Position numbers and translations under genes: made by a program
Shown here: piece after piece, positions 38,217 through 47,367 of the stretch
Position numbering within the stretch: the stretch's first letter is position 1
How the letters are laid out: each line of letters opens with the position of its first letter
Source: an uncultured virus (IMG/VR IMGVR_UViG_3300036949_000060)
Lineage: Duplodnaviria; Heunggongvirae; Uroviricota; Caudoviricetes
Virus record (IMG/VR): IMGVR_UViG_3300036949_000060
Strand: one strand, 5' to 3'
Length of the DNA: 64,000 nt
Notes under the pieces: model-generated
What the model was told of the DNA's origin: nothing
The model's database searches: none
What the model saw: only the letters and a program-made list of their open reading frames with translations

Positions 38217-39287
38217 ATGGATTCTATTCAATATACAATTTTCGACGTTATCCCCGAAAAAAAATATTTTTCTTTTGTTCCTGAAAAGATCAACGAAGAG
38301 ACCGCAAGAAGAGCAAAGGAAAATATATCTTTTTCAGATTATAAAGCCGGCTCCGCTACTGCGGATTATATGCAAGCCGTCAATAACATTATCGAACTGG
38401 CGGAGGAGTATGCTAAAAAAAGTCGCTTTATTGAGTCCGAGCCGGACAGGATCGCCGAAGCGCAACGATATATTAACTATTATTCCCGTAAATATGCGGA
38501 GTATATTAATAAAGACAATGAAATAACTTGCCGCTGTCCTTCTGTGATGATTGCCGGCCCCGCCAACTTCCCGACGCGAAAAAAGCAAAAGCAAGTCGCA
38601 GCATGGGACGCAAACCAAAAAAACTATATTTCATTTGATGATGCAAGATACAAGCTCCATTATATATTGATTGAGGAGCACGCCATAAGCGGCGCGGACC
38701 CTGACGCCGTCGAAAAGCTGAAGTTAAAGCTTGCACGGCTTGAAGATTCTTACAAGGCCCAAAAGGAAGAAACGCAGCGAGCACAAAAGCAATTCAATGC
38801 AGAACTAAAAGCCGGAATTATTCAAGAAGTCCGCCACTATTACGGATGCCGCATCCCCGAAGGCTTCACCGAGGCGGACCGAGATAATCCCGAATTGATA
38901 AAGAGCCTCTCCGACTGGGAGCGGCGGGCGCATGTCGGCACTATATACAAAAAAGACGGTCAGACCGTCACGAAGCCCGCACTCGGGTATCACTCTTCTA
39001 ACGTCTCACAGGAACGGCAGCGAATCAAAAAAAGGATTGAAGAGCTGGAAAGAGCAAAAGAGACACCCGCACAGGAGGCAAGCGGCGAAGGCTGGAATCT
39101 TTACGAGGACACCGAGAACGGCCGGATCTGTTTTGACTTTGACGGCAAGCCCGACCCCAATATTATAACCGAGCTGAAAACAAACGGCTTCAAGTGGTCC
39201 CCCCGTAACGCAAGATGGCAGCGGCAGAACACCGAGAACGGCAAAAGAGCCGCCGAGCGTGTAAAGAGTTATTTACAATCTAGATAA
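38217..39287 (+). CDS. DUF3560-like / polyvalent-protein-domain protein
   Basis: PSVMIAGPANFP.RKK, D.DA.EKL, R..F.FDGKPD...LK..GFKWSP....WQR. Confidence 0.65.
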   Translation: MDSIQYTIFDVIPEKKYFSFVPEKINEETARRAKENISFSDYKAGSATADYMQAVNNIIELAEEYAKKSRFIESEPDRIAEAQRYINYYSRKYAEYINKDNEITCRCPSVMIAGPANFPTRKKQKQVAAWDANQKNYISFDDARYKLHYILIEEHAISGADPDAVEKLKLKLARLEDSYKAQKEETQRAQKQFNAELKAGIIQEVRHYYGCRIPEGFTEADRDNPELIKSLSDWERRAHVGTIYKKDGQTVTKPALGYHSSNVSQERQRIKKRIEELERAKETPAQEASGEGWNLYEDTENGRICFDFDGKPDPNIITELKTNGFKWSPRNARWQRQNTENGKRAAERVKSYLQSR

Positions 39288-39332
39288 TATAATCCGACCG
39301 GCAGCGGCTATTCTGCCGGAGAAGGGTAATAT

Positions 39333-39578
39333 ATGAAGGTATACAATCAGAACCAAACAACCGCAGCAAGACAGGCAGCAAAAGAAGCGCTTAACCGTGG
39401 CTTCATACAGTGGTTAGTTGGCTTTATGATCCCCGCCGACACTCAGGATGACCACAAAGAAAAATATAACTTCGTCGCGGCTTTTTCTGATCCCTATGAC
39501 GCACAAGAATACATCGACAGCAGACAGAACCCCGACAGGCTTTTTATAACCCGTGTCGATCGAGGAGGTACGGTATGA
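39333..39578 (+). CDS. Small hypothetical protein
   Basis: RBS; coupled to the next ORF. Confidence 0.55.
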   Translation: MKVYNQNQTTAARQAAKEALNRGFIQWLVGFMIPADTQDDHKEKYNFVAAFSDPYDAQEYIDSRQNPDRLFITRVDRGGTV

Positions 39579-39856
39579 ATAAGCAAAAGATCATCACCAA
39601 AAAAGACGTTATCGCAACTATTGACAATGCCGTTATGTATAAGGAGGAGTTTTTATCCTCACATAGTTTTGATCCGTATGATTTAATAATGGGCGGCTCC
39701 GGTTATCCGGATGCAAATCAGCTTGAATATGAATTATTCGAAGCAAACTGCAATTTTCTTGACGATATTTTAAAAGCTATGGAAAAGCGCGAAAACCGCT
39801 ATAATCTCAACAAAAATAATACTATCTATTGCACATGGAATACAAAGGAGGCTTAA
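39575..39856 (+). CDS. Small hypothetical protein
   Basis: RBS GGAGG; ATGA overlap. Confidence 0.6.
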   Translation: MNKQKIITKKDVIATIDNAVMYKEEFLSSHSFDPYDLIMGGSGYPDANQLEYELFEANCNFLDDILKAMEKRENRYNLNKNNTIYCTWNTKEA

Positions 39857-39858
39857 AT

Positions 39859-40479
39859 ATGATACATACATTAATTGCCGGCGTGTCCGGCTCAGGCAAA
39901 AGCTACACCGAGCACAAATTGATTGACAAATTAATAACTACGGATTGCGCGATTATATTACTTGATCCCAAGCGCGTGGAGCTGAGTGAATACAAGACAA
40001 ACCCGCATGTTATAAGATACGCGGATGAAACGGATGACTGTATTGACTGCTTATATGAGGCGGAATCCACAATGTATGATAGATACCGCGATATGCAAGC
40101 TAAGGGCTTAAAAGAGTATGACGGCGGCCCGCTTTATATCATCATTGACGAAGTGGCACCACTGGCCCGCGGCACTGATAAAAAAGAAGTTCTTGAAAGA
40201 TTGTATCAAATCTCAAGTTTGGGCCGCGCTGCGAAGGTTTTACTTGTGGTTTGCACTCAGAGATCAACCGCCGACGTGCTGCCCCGTGATATCGTTGTCA
40301 ACCTTGATATAGTTTGTCTCAGGCAGCGCAAGGACCGCGACTCCCGCGAGCTTATAGGCATTCCGGATGCGGCTAAGCTGCCCCGAATAGGCTATTGTTA
40401 CATTTTCGGCGACACTTTCTCCCGCCCGATCAAAGTATCAACTGACGAAGTATGGAACCGCTTATTGAAGGAGGACTGA
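39859..40479 (+). CDS. Stand-alone FtsK/SpoIIIE-type ATPase domain
   Basis: LIAGVSGSGKS, DPKRVEL, IIIDE, GRAA...TQR. Confidence 0.8.
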   Translation: MIHTLIAGVSGSGKSYTEHKLIDKLITTDCAIILLDPKRVELSEYKTNPHVIRYADETDDCIDCLYEAESTMYDRYRDMQAKGLKEYDGGPLYIIIDEVAPLARGTDKKEVLERLYQISSLGRAAKVLLVVCTQRSTADVLPRDIVVNLDIVCLRQRKDRDSRELIGIPDAAKLPRIGYCYIFGDTFSRPIKVSTDEVWNRLLKED

Positions 40480-40778
40480 ATATGTATGATATAGACTATA
40501 TAGATCCCGACGTTATAGCAGCTTGTAGGAAACAATTTAAAAATATTTACGGCTTATACCCGTCTTTAATCGGCGCGGCAGCTGATAAAACATGTGCTAT
40601 TGCAAAATGTAGTTTTCCGGACGGAGATTTTTATTTCCGTGTCAGTGAAAACTCAGTGTCCGAGGCTTTTCGTACAATGAGGGAAGCCGACGCCGGACGT
40701 CATATATCTTGAAAATAAATAAATTGACGGGCCCCGCAGCGATGCGGGGCATAATTAGACGATAAAAGGAGATCAAAA

Positions 40779-41129
40779 ATGGATAATGCAGTAACAGAAA
40801 CAATCAAATTCATAGACAACTACTTTAACGATAAAGAGCCGCTGGTCTGCGGCTTGATCCGCGGCCGTCACAAGATGCCGGATCACGTTTCTTTTTTTGT
40901 CTTTGAGTCCGACATTCCACAGGCCAACATTTGCGACTCGGCCTATTTTGATGCCGTCTGTACGGCTTTTCTTGATAAATTCTCGCCTTCTGCCGTTTCT
41001 GTCTATGTTACCGGCTTTACACCGGCGCTTTTGGCACTGATAAAGGCTTGTTCTGCCCGCGGAATCGGCTTAACCGCATATAATTACGATCGTGAATCCC
41101 GCAAATTTTGGAAACAGGAGGTATTGTGA
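40779..41129 (+). CDS. Small alpha/beta protein (GRH...YVTG), possibly CARF-like
   Basis: RBS AAGGAG; GLIRGRH, VYVTGFT.AL, YD.....F..Q. Confidence 0.6.
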   Translation: MDNAVTETIKFIDNYFNDKEPLVCGLIRGRHKMPDHVSFFVFESDIPQANICDSAYFDAVCTAFLDKFSPSAVSVYVTGFTPALLALIKACSARGIGLTAYNYDRESRKFWKQEVL

Positions 41130-41509
41130 TGGAATATAGACCCAAAAAGAAACTCACCGAGGCTGAAAAAGAAAAAAAGCGCGCCAATTATAGGGAAAAT
41201 CATGATAAAATTCTTGAACATCAGCACTCCGAGGAATACGTCGAGAACCGTCGCCAGCAGCGCCGAAACAGTGAGAAGTATCGCACATATCATAAGTTCG
41301 ACATGCAAGAGCGGGTACAAGATCCCGAGTTCCGAGAAAAGCGCAACGGAAGTTACAGGAAATATTACAAGGCAAACGCAGCAAAAGAGGGAAAAAGAAC
41401 GGCTCAATATCGTTCTGAGCATCCTCAAGAGTCCCGAGAATACATGAGACAATACATGAAAGAATATCGGGCAAAAAAGAAGGCTGAAAGGCTCAAAAAG
41501 AAAGGCTAA
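41129..41509 (+). CDS. Highly basic R/K/Y-rich helical protein
   Basis: RBS GGAGG; repeated REYMR/KYY segments. Confidence 0.65.
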   Translation: MEYRPKKKLTEAEKEKKRANYRENHDKILEHQHSEEYVENRRQQRRNSEKYRTYHKFDMQERVQDPEFREKRNGSYRKYYKANAAKEGKRTAQYRSEHPQESREYMRQYMKEYRAKKKAERLKKKG

Positions 41510-41527
41510 ACGTTTGTTCTTACATAG

Positions 41528-41545
41528 TTATCCACATTATTCACA
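41528..41545 (+). promoter_or_regulatory. Tandem DnaA-box-like 9-mers
   Basis: TTATCCACA immediately followed by TTATTCACA. Confidence 0.5.
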
Positions 41546-41580
41546 ATTAGAGTGTTTGTTCTTACACGATAAGCAATATA

Positions 41581-41615
41581 AAAGGGCTGATTTTTACATC
41601 GGCCCTCTTTTTTTA
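41581..41615. terminator. Terminator between convergent operons
   Basis: AGGGCTGAT...ATCGGCCCT stem plus U-tract. Confidence 0.7.
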
Positions 41616-41792
41616 TCCGTTCGGATGTTTTTTTCTGTATTTCCGCGTGTATTCCCGCTGCTTTTTTTTAACGCCCTCGGAACCTAATTTGCTTTCCCAC
41701 TTCTCACGGCGCTGTTTTGCAGTAGGATCGCCGTGTTTGGCATACCATTTGCGCCATCTTTTCGTACTCGCAGCTACGCTGGTTTTTCTCAT
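41613..41792 (-). CDS. 59-aa basic protein (below the ORF-track cutoff)
   Basis: MRKTSVAASTKRWRKWYAKHG...REYTRKYRKKHPNG; RBS GAGG. Confidence 0.6.
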   Translation of the reverse strand: MRKTSVAASTKRWRKWYAKHGDPTAKQRREKWESKLGSEGVKKKQREYTRKYRKKHPNG

Positions 41793-41799
41793 GCTGTCC

Positions 41800-42606
41800 T
41801 CACTTTCGATTTGCCAACATTGAGAGCATTATCGGCTCAAGCAGAACCTTGTTTTTACGGCAACATCCGCAAATTCCGCATTTTTCGGGCTCTGAAAGTC
41901 CCATTTTCACATCGGCTATATGCGGCGCATTACTTTTTACGCGGGCCAAGGCGTCGTCAAGATATACCCGATCCACTTCGATAAGCTCTATGTTGGGTTC
42001 TTCCTCTTTGGTTACGGCCGCAATTATGAACGGCAGCTTCTTTCCCGTATTCTGTTTAACAATTTCCTGATATACGGCTCCCTGAATATCGTAGCCCCAA
42101 TATCTGACAAAATCAAGATATTCTCCGATATCCTCTACCCACTTATTCTTGTCGATCTGACTCATAACCTTAGAATCTACGATGGCTTCATCGCGTAAAA
42201 GGGAATCTATCTTGATCTTCCAGTCAATTCCGGCTATATTTCCGGTCATAATAACCTGTTTTTCGCCGCTCATGTAGTACATGAACATAGGATCTCGCTG
42301 GACTCGCTCGATGATATAATCTGCCTGAACAAAATCGGCTTTAAGGCATCCGTCTTTCCTGAACATTTCAGGGTGCTCCGCCTTGTATCTGTCTAAGGTT
42401 CCCTCAAACCATGCGTCAACATATCCGCCTACAAGGAGCGGAAGCCCTTTTTTCTCGGGATATCTGCCCTCAAGTCGTTCCATAGCCATAAACTCACAAC
42501 CCTTTATGCCCCACGTTCCGCAGAAATCCTTATACTGAGATACCGACATGTATTCCTTATCGGCTTCGGCTGAATAATAATTCTCATTCGTCAATACCAA
42601 ACTCAT
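41800..42606 (-). CDS. PD-(D/E)XK exonuclease (DUF3799 / RecE-like)
   Basis: NYYS...MSVSQYK.F, KIKIDS...IVDSKV, YDIQGAVYQ. Confidence 0.8.
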   Translation of the reverse strand: MSLVLTNENYYSAEADKEYMSVSQYKDFCGTWGIKGCEFMAMERLEGRYPEKKGLPLLVGGYVDAWFEGTLDRYKAEHPEMFRKDGCLKADFVQADYIIERVQRDPMFMYYMSGEKQVIMTGNIAGIDWKIKIDSLLRDEAIVDSKVMSQIDKNKWVEDIGEYLDFVRYWGYDIQGAVYQEIVKQNTGKKLPFIIAAVTKEEEPNIELIEVDRVYLDDALARVKSNAPHIADVKMGLSEPEKCGICGCCRKNKVLLEPIMLSMLANRK

Positions 42607-43064
42607 TTTTAACGTCCTCCTCAAGTTGTTTTAGCCTTTTGAACATCAGCGGATATTCGTCGGTTTTAACCTTCATTATCCACTTTGAATAAGAGTCGTC
42701 GCCACAGTGCCACGGCTGCTGAAATATCAGGTTGCCGTCAGGATCATATATGCTTAATTTCTCGTCATATAAGACCCCACGGCAGCCGTTGTATTTACTT
42801 ACATAGTCATACTCAAGATACCTGAACATTCTTTTTGGCCCCGATAATACCGGCATAGACCGAACCTATCATGTCGTCGATAGCTTCCTCGCTGTTTGTC
42901 TGCCTCTCTTTGATCGCGTTGTACTCATTTCTTGCCCTGTTGAATTTCTCAAGTGCAGTCTCGGCATCGGCTAAGTACGCGTGCATCAAAGTTAAGCATT
43001 CTTGCATTTTCTGAGCGTCAGCTATTGTCATTCCTTCCATCACTTACCCTCCTTTTAATAAACT

Positions 43065-43078
43065 CGAACGCTTGTTCC
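43065..43078. promoter_or_regulatory. LexA-type box
   Basis: GGAACAAGCGTTCG on the minus strand, just upstream of the RBS of 42813-43043. Confidence 0.55.
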
Positions 43079-43172
43079 CGTTCTATTTCGCTCTATTTTG
43101 CCTCATAAAGCCGTGTTTGTTTTCACATGATAATTTTATCGTCCAAACGGCTTTCGTTCAAATTTGACCCGT

Positions 43173-43799
43173 TTACGGCTCTTTCGGATGGGTTCTCTCG
43201 TACTCTTTGAAGTCGTCTGCCAGCTTTTGAAACCTCGGATCAATTTCAATAGGCTCTCTCGGCTCGGGTAACTCCGGCTTGGCCTCAAATACCGGTAAAG
43301 CAACTTGCTCATAAGACTCGATCTTATCAACCACTGCTCTGACCGTTGGGCTCATTCGGGAATCTGTTACAGCTTTATTCAACGCGTCCTTATATGCCTT
43401 CAGGAAAAGAGCTTTCTGAACACTACCCGCTTCTTCCTGAGTGTAACCGTAAAGGGTTCCGGCTGATCCGAGAGCTGCTTTTACAGGTTCGGGGAATGTC
43501 TCAAAGACTTCTTCACATGCTTTAAAGCTCGTGCAAGACCATAACGCCTGATCTACGATGTGCCACGCGGCTTCGGGTGACAACTGAAGTTCCTTGCTGG
43601 TTATCTGCCCTCTAAGGTCTGCTGGGAACGGCGGAAACTTCTGCGTCTGCATATACTTGATCGTAGCCGTCTTGAGAACATTTACGTCCATATCCTTTAA
43701 GAGCTCATACCATGAGTTGATCGTATCTTCATCGGTGAGAAAGTCTTTATAGACTGACCGAAGCAGCTTTACGATCGGCAAAAATTCTTCTCTTGTCAT
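43173..43799 (-). CDS. Replicative helicase loader/inhibitor (G39P-like N-terminus)
   Basis: MTREEF..I...L...Y...W..LL.D...FPP.PAD.R. Confidence 0.7.
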   Translation of the reverse strand: MTREEFLPIVKLLRSVYKDFLTDEDTINSWYELLKDMDVNVLKTATIKYMQTQKFPPFPADLRGQITSKELQLSPEAAWHIVDQALWSCTSFKACEEVFETFPEPVKAALGSAGTLYGYTQEEAGSVQKALFLKAYKDALNKAVTDSRMSPTVRAVVDKIESYEQVALPVFEAKPELPEPREPIEIDPRFQKLADDFKEYERTHPKEP

Positions 43800-44188
43800 T
43801 TGTCTTTACCCCCTATATGCTCGTTAAACGTCTGAATAACTATGCGTGAATATTCCTCAAAATCTTCTGCACTATTGGCATAACCACTCGCAACATAATC
43901 AGCCATTTTTTCAAGTATCTCTGTTTGTATCTTTTCTATGTCGGCTGAATCGGGAAAAGAGTAGGACGGCAAGCCGTTTACAATTTCCTTGACTTCATCC
44001 GTTAAAATATCCATGTTGACATCACCCAATTCATTTAAAATATCCGATTTCTTGACATATTCGCCATTTGCGGATAAAGCCGATATAGCCATATCGCGAA
44101 ACTCAGGCAGCTTGTCAAAGTCAATCGTGTAATTGTTCTTCAAGGCATTAGCAAAATCTATATATTCTTCTCTTGTCATTTCTGCCAT
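43796..44188 (-). CDS. Modular hypothetical protein
   Basis: 35 codons ~95% identical to 54018-54122. Confidence 0.65.
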   Translation of the reverse strand: MAEMTREEYIDFANALKNNYTIDFDKLPEFRDMAISALSANGEYVKKSDILNELGDVNMDILTDEVKEIVNGLPSYSFPDSADIEKIQTEILEKMADYVASGYANSAEDFEEYSRIVIQTFNEHIGGKDK

Positions 44189-44190
44189 AC

Positions 44191-44889
44191 TCAACCTCCT
44201 TCCGCCCAACGTCTTAACATATCATCATCGGCTGCCTTAACTGCTGTCTCGTCCGGCTCATTCAGGTATTCGTTAAAGTGGCTCGGAGCAAACAGGGTAC
44301 TCGGTCTGATATAGAGACTCATTTTGGGATCTTTACCCCACTTCTTAACCTTCTTGTCTATGACTTTCTTAAAGTCGTCGGCTGTAAAGCCTTCATTCAG
44401 TCTACCGTGAATCAGCTTAGTAACTTCCTTGCCGGTTCTGTAATGAGTACCGGCTGCCTGATTAAGATAATCAACAATATCCTCGACGATCTCCTCTCTC
44501 GGGTCGATAACTCGAACAATATTGTTATTTATAATTGGTATTTGGTTATTGGTTATTGGTATTTGGTTATTGGAGCTTACTGTTTGCTTATCGTTTGCTT
44601 CACTTTTGCTTACCGTTTGCTTACCTTTTGCTTCCTTTTTGCTTGCCTTACCCCCAATAGACCCGCTTATACTGCGGCTTTTTGATATCTTGCTTTCACG
44701 CTCAACTCTGCCGCATAATTTGGTTATCATCACATTAAGGTATCTATCTTCTGAGTGCTCGACTTCTTTTCCCATAAAAGCACGGATCATATTCTTATAA
44801 AGGATTCCGGCTTCTTCGTTCGTCATGGTATCAAGAATCTCGTCAAAGTCCTCGGGATGGGTTATCATTCCATACTCAGTTTTTTTCAT
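44191..44889 (-). CDS. Phage replication initiator protein
   Basis: IVDYLN..AGT.Y...RL.EGFT..DFK.VID.K...W...M..YIRP.TLF...F..YLN; internal iterons. Confidence 0.85.
   Translation of the reverse strand: MKKTEYGMITHPEDFDEILDTMTNEEAGILYKNMIRAFMGKEVEHSEDRYLNVMITKLCGRVERESKISKSRSISGSIGGKASKKEAKGKQTVSKSEANDKQTVSSNNQIPITNNQIPIINNNIVRVIDPREEIVEDIVDYLNQAAGTHYRTGKEVTKLIHGRLNEGFTADDFKKVIDKKVKKWGKDPKMSLYIRPSTLFAPSHFNEYLNEPDETAVKAADDDMLRRWAEGG
44535..44650. repeat. Replication origin iterons inside the initiator gene
   Basis: Six to seven tandem 11-mers GCTTNNNNTTT (from 44575) next to TTGGT(T)AT repeats. Confidence 0.8.
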
Positions 44890-45047
44890 CAGTCGTCCTC
44901 CTCAAGAATTTCAGCCATTTCGATTATGTCCTGAAAGTCGTCGGAAATATCCTTTCTCTCGGCTTCCGTCAAGTCCTTATCCTTGAGAATGCCGCATACA
45001 TGACAGATGCGTTCAACAATGCCTAACTTCATACTCATTTACCTCTC

Positions 45048-45332
45048 TTATTGACGTTTTTGATATGCCTTACAGGTCTGAGTCCTTGCACGGCCTTTCT
45101 TTACTTTGACCGCAGAATCAGGATTAAGGCAGTTCCCGTAGGTTTGTGCCTTGAATCCGCACTGAACGAACCATTTACAGGAGGCACATTTGCCCTCAAT
45201 ATTGGTATCAGCCATCCTCTCTACAAAGGTCCTCTTGTCCTTAACTTTCCATTCGGCCGCCAGCTTTGCTTCTTCAATCTCAGCATAAGTGGCATCGTCC
45301 GGAACCTCGATCTGAGCTGTATATACTATCAC
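45048..45332 (-). CDS. Four-Cys small protein (homolog of 6684-6968)
   Basis: GTG start after GGAGG; VPDDATY...CASCKWF...YGNC...C. Confidence 0.7.
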   Translation of the reverse strand: MIVYTAQIEVPDDATYAEIEEAKLAAEWKVKDKRTFVERMADTNIEGKCASCKWFVQCGFKAQTYGNCLNPDSAVKVKKGRARTQTCKAYQKRQ

Positions 45333-45668
45333 TGATTTTTTCCTCCCGCTAATAAAAGCTGAAGCCCCGCGCCAATGATAATGACGATATAATAAGCATT
45401 CCCCATACCCAGTTTGAGGCCAATCATCCACATAAGAATCGCATATATAATATTCATACCTTACCTCCGTAATAATCAATATTCATTTCAAGTCCGCGCG
45501 GGAAATGCAATGTTTCCCAACGGTAAATATCTTTGGCACTGATGATCTTGTTTAAATCCCTGACATACCATGCGCCCTTAATGAACTGAGCCGTATGTGC
45601 CTTGCCTTCATAGGTGAAAATGGTAACAGGATCTTCTGTCAAAGGCTGTTCTACAATCGGGTCGTGTG

Positions 45669-45950
45669 TCATATATCCTCTCTCCTCTCATATTTTTTAC
45701 ATGCTTTACGGGTTCTTACACCCCATGCTCCACCGGCATCACATGAGCCGTAACTTTTAAGGCCGTGCTGGTTAGGAACAAAGAACTTACACCCTCCGCA
45801 CTTGTTTTCAAGGTTGGTCCGCTGAGCTCTTAACTCTCGGCTAAACCTTGTTTTCCACATTGATCGGGTCTTTCCGGCGGTGGTAATGACGGCCTGAATC
45901 AAATCTTCGTCGGCATCGTCGGGAAGGTTGATCTCACATATCAGTTTCAT
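45669..45950 (-). CDS. Four-Cys small protein (paralog)
   Basis: RTNLENKCGGCKFF...YGSC...KACKKYE. Confidence 0.7.
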   Translation of the reverse strand: MKLICEINLPDDADEDLIQAVITTAGKTRSMWKTRFSRELRAQRTNLENKCGGCKFFVPNQHGLKSYGSCDAGGAWGVRTRKACKKYERREDI

Positions 45951-46146
45951 CGTCCGGCTCCTCTCTCATATCAACCTCGTCATAATACTTTAAGTCGTCA
46001 CACCCGCAGTACGGGCAAGTCGGGGTATATTCACCGTGAGGTTCCTGAACCTCTTTAGCATCTAACGGTGGGAAAAACTCGCCGCAATTCTGACATTCAA
46101 TGGCTTCGCTCAGGCCGTATGTATCTCTGTATTCCTCTTTAGTCAT
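45934..46146 (-). CDS. Zn-ribbon protein
   Basis: CQNCG...CPYCG. Confidence 0.6.
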   Translation of the reverse strand: MTKEEYRDTYGLSEAIECQNCGEFFPPLDAKEVQEPHGEYTPTCPYCGCDDLKYYDEVDMREEPDDETDM

Positions 46147-46556
46147 ACAATCCTCCTTACATACTCACATCCGAGGTTCATAAACATTTCGGCGGCGGTC
46201 TTAGCTTCATCGGGTGACTTGAATCGCCATATCACATAATCCTGAGTTACCTCAATTTCAGCCGTGCTGCGATATTTCTCCCACCCGAGCAAATAGGGTT
46301 CCTGTTCTTTACTGGTTATTACTGTCATAATTGCCCTCCTCAAATTCTTTAAGTCTGCGCTCTAAGGATTCCATAATTCGGCGGACTGTTTCTAAGACAA
46401 AACCGTTGCAATCCGTCTCTAATACTTCGACACACTCTGATATAGTATCTTCTGCAATCTTGCGCGGGATAATCTCAATCGGTATGATCTTATCGGATTC
46501 CTCAGTAAAGGGCACAACATCCTCAATCAACTCGCCTATCGTTACTCTACTCATGC

Positions 46557-47003
46557 TCAACTCCTTTTCGCCAACACTTTTCTTATCGTGATTGCCGTAC
46601 ATTCTTTTGTCGCCCATCTTTTATGACACTGGCCTATATCTGTTATCTGAGAATCATCGGAAAAAGCAACTCCGTTCAAGCCGTCCTGTACGCTCTTAAT
46701 GCAGTTATCCAAATCAGGCCTTTTTGTGCATGGCTTTCCGTACATTTCTGCCTTTTTCTTGTTGCTCCATGACTCAGGCATTTTAAAATAAAAGTCTACT
46801 TCCATTTCTAATGCCCCTTCAGGGAAAGCCATAGCGGAATTGGCTCTGCGGTATGCTTCGGCTACCAAATCCTCGTAAGTCTTTGTTTTTTTGGGCGTAT
46901 AAGCGCTAATAAACTCTTTCCCTTTAGCCTTTACCCGTCTGAACCTCGGGCGCTGTTTTCCTACAATCGGGCCACAAGCAAAGAATGTGATCTCATTTAT
47001 CAT
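46557..47003 (-). CDS. rusA: RusA Holliday junction resolvase
   Basis: GKQRPRF, YTPKKT, RPDLDN..K...DGLNG..F.DDSQI. Confidence 0.9.
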   Translation of the reverse strand: MINEITFFACGPIVGKQRPRFRRVKAKGKEFISAYTPKKTKTYEDLVAEAYRRANSAMAFPEGALEMEVDFYFKMPESWSNKKKAEMYGKPCTKRPDLDNCIKSVQDGLNGVAFSDDSQITDIGQCHKRWATKECTAITIRKVLAKRS

Positions 47004-47013
47004 TTATGCCTCC

Positions 47014-47367
47014 TTAGTCGAAAAAACGGCCGTATCTCTGTAAGAACATTTCTCTCGCTACGTCAGCCGGATATCCCTGTTTGATATACTGCTTAATCAG
47101 AGTTTCCTGAGCTAATCTCTGCAAATATTTGTCTTTTACATGCTCGGGGTCAATGTGAACACTGTCGTTTTTGCCGTCGTGGTCTGATCTACAAATCCAA
47201 ATCCAAAGGCCATCCTGAACGGCCAATTTTTTGTAAGCCCCATGAAGGCAGTGATGTTTCTCTAAGTCGTACTGCTTTCCGCAGAAATAACATTGTGTCG
47301 GCTTTTTTTGAGAAATAATGCTGTCTATGTCTTTTGCTGCCATAAATAACCTCTTAGAAAAAATCAA
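47014..47367 (-). CDS. HNH-like Zn-binding phage protein
   Basis: CYFCG...LEKHH; homolog of 7607-7909. Confidence 0.65.
   Translation of the reverse strand: MIFSKRLFMAAKDIDSIISQKKPTQCYFCGKQYDLEKHHCLHGAYKKLAVQDGLWIWICRSDHDGKNDSVHIDPEHVKDKYLQRLAQETLIKQYIKQGYPADVAREMFLQRYGRFFD

Noticed and set aside
44535..44650. Tandem repeats as a novel array
   Set aside because: Explained as ordinary iterons inside a phage replication initiator gene
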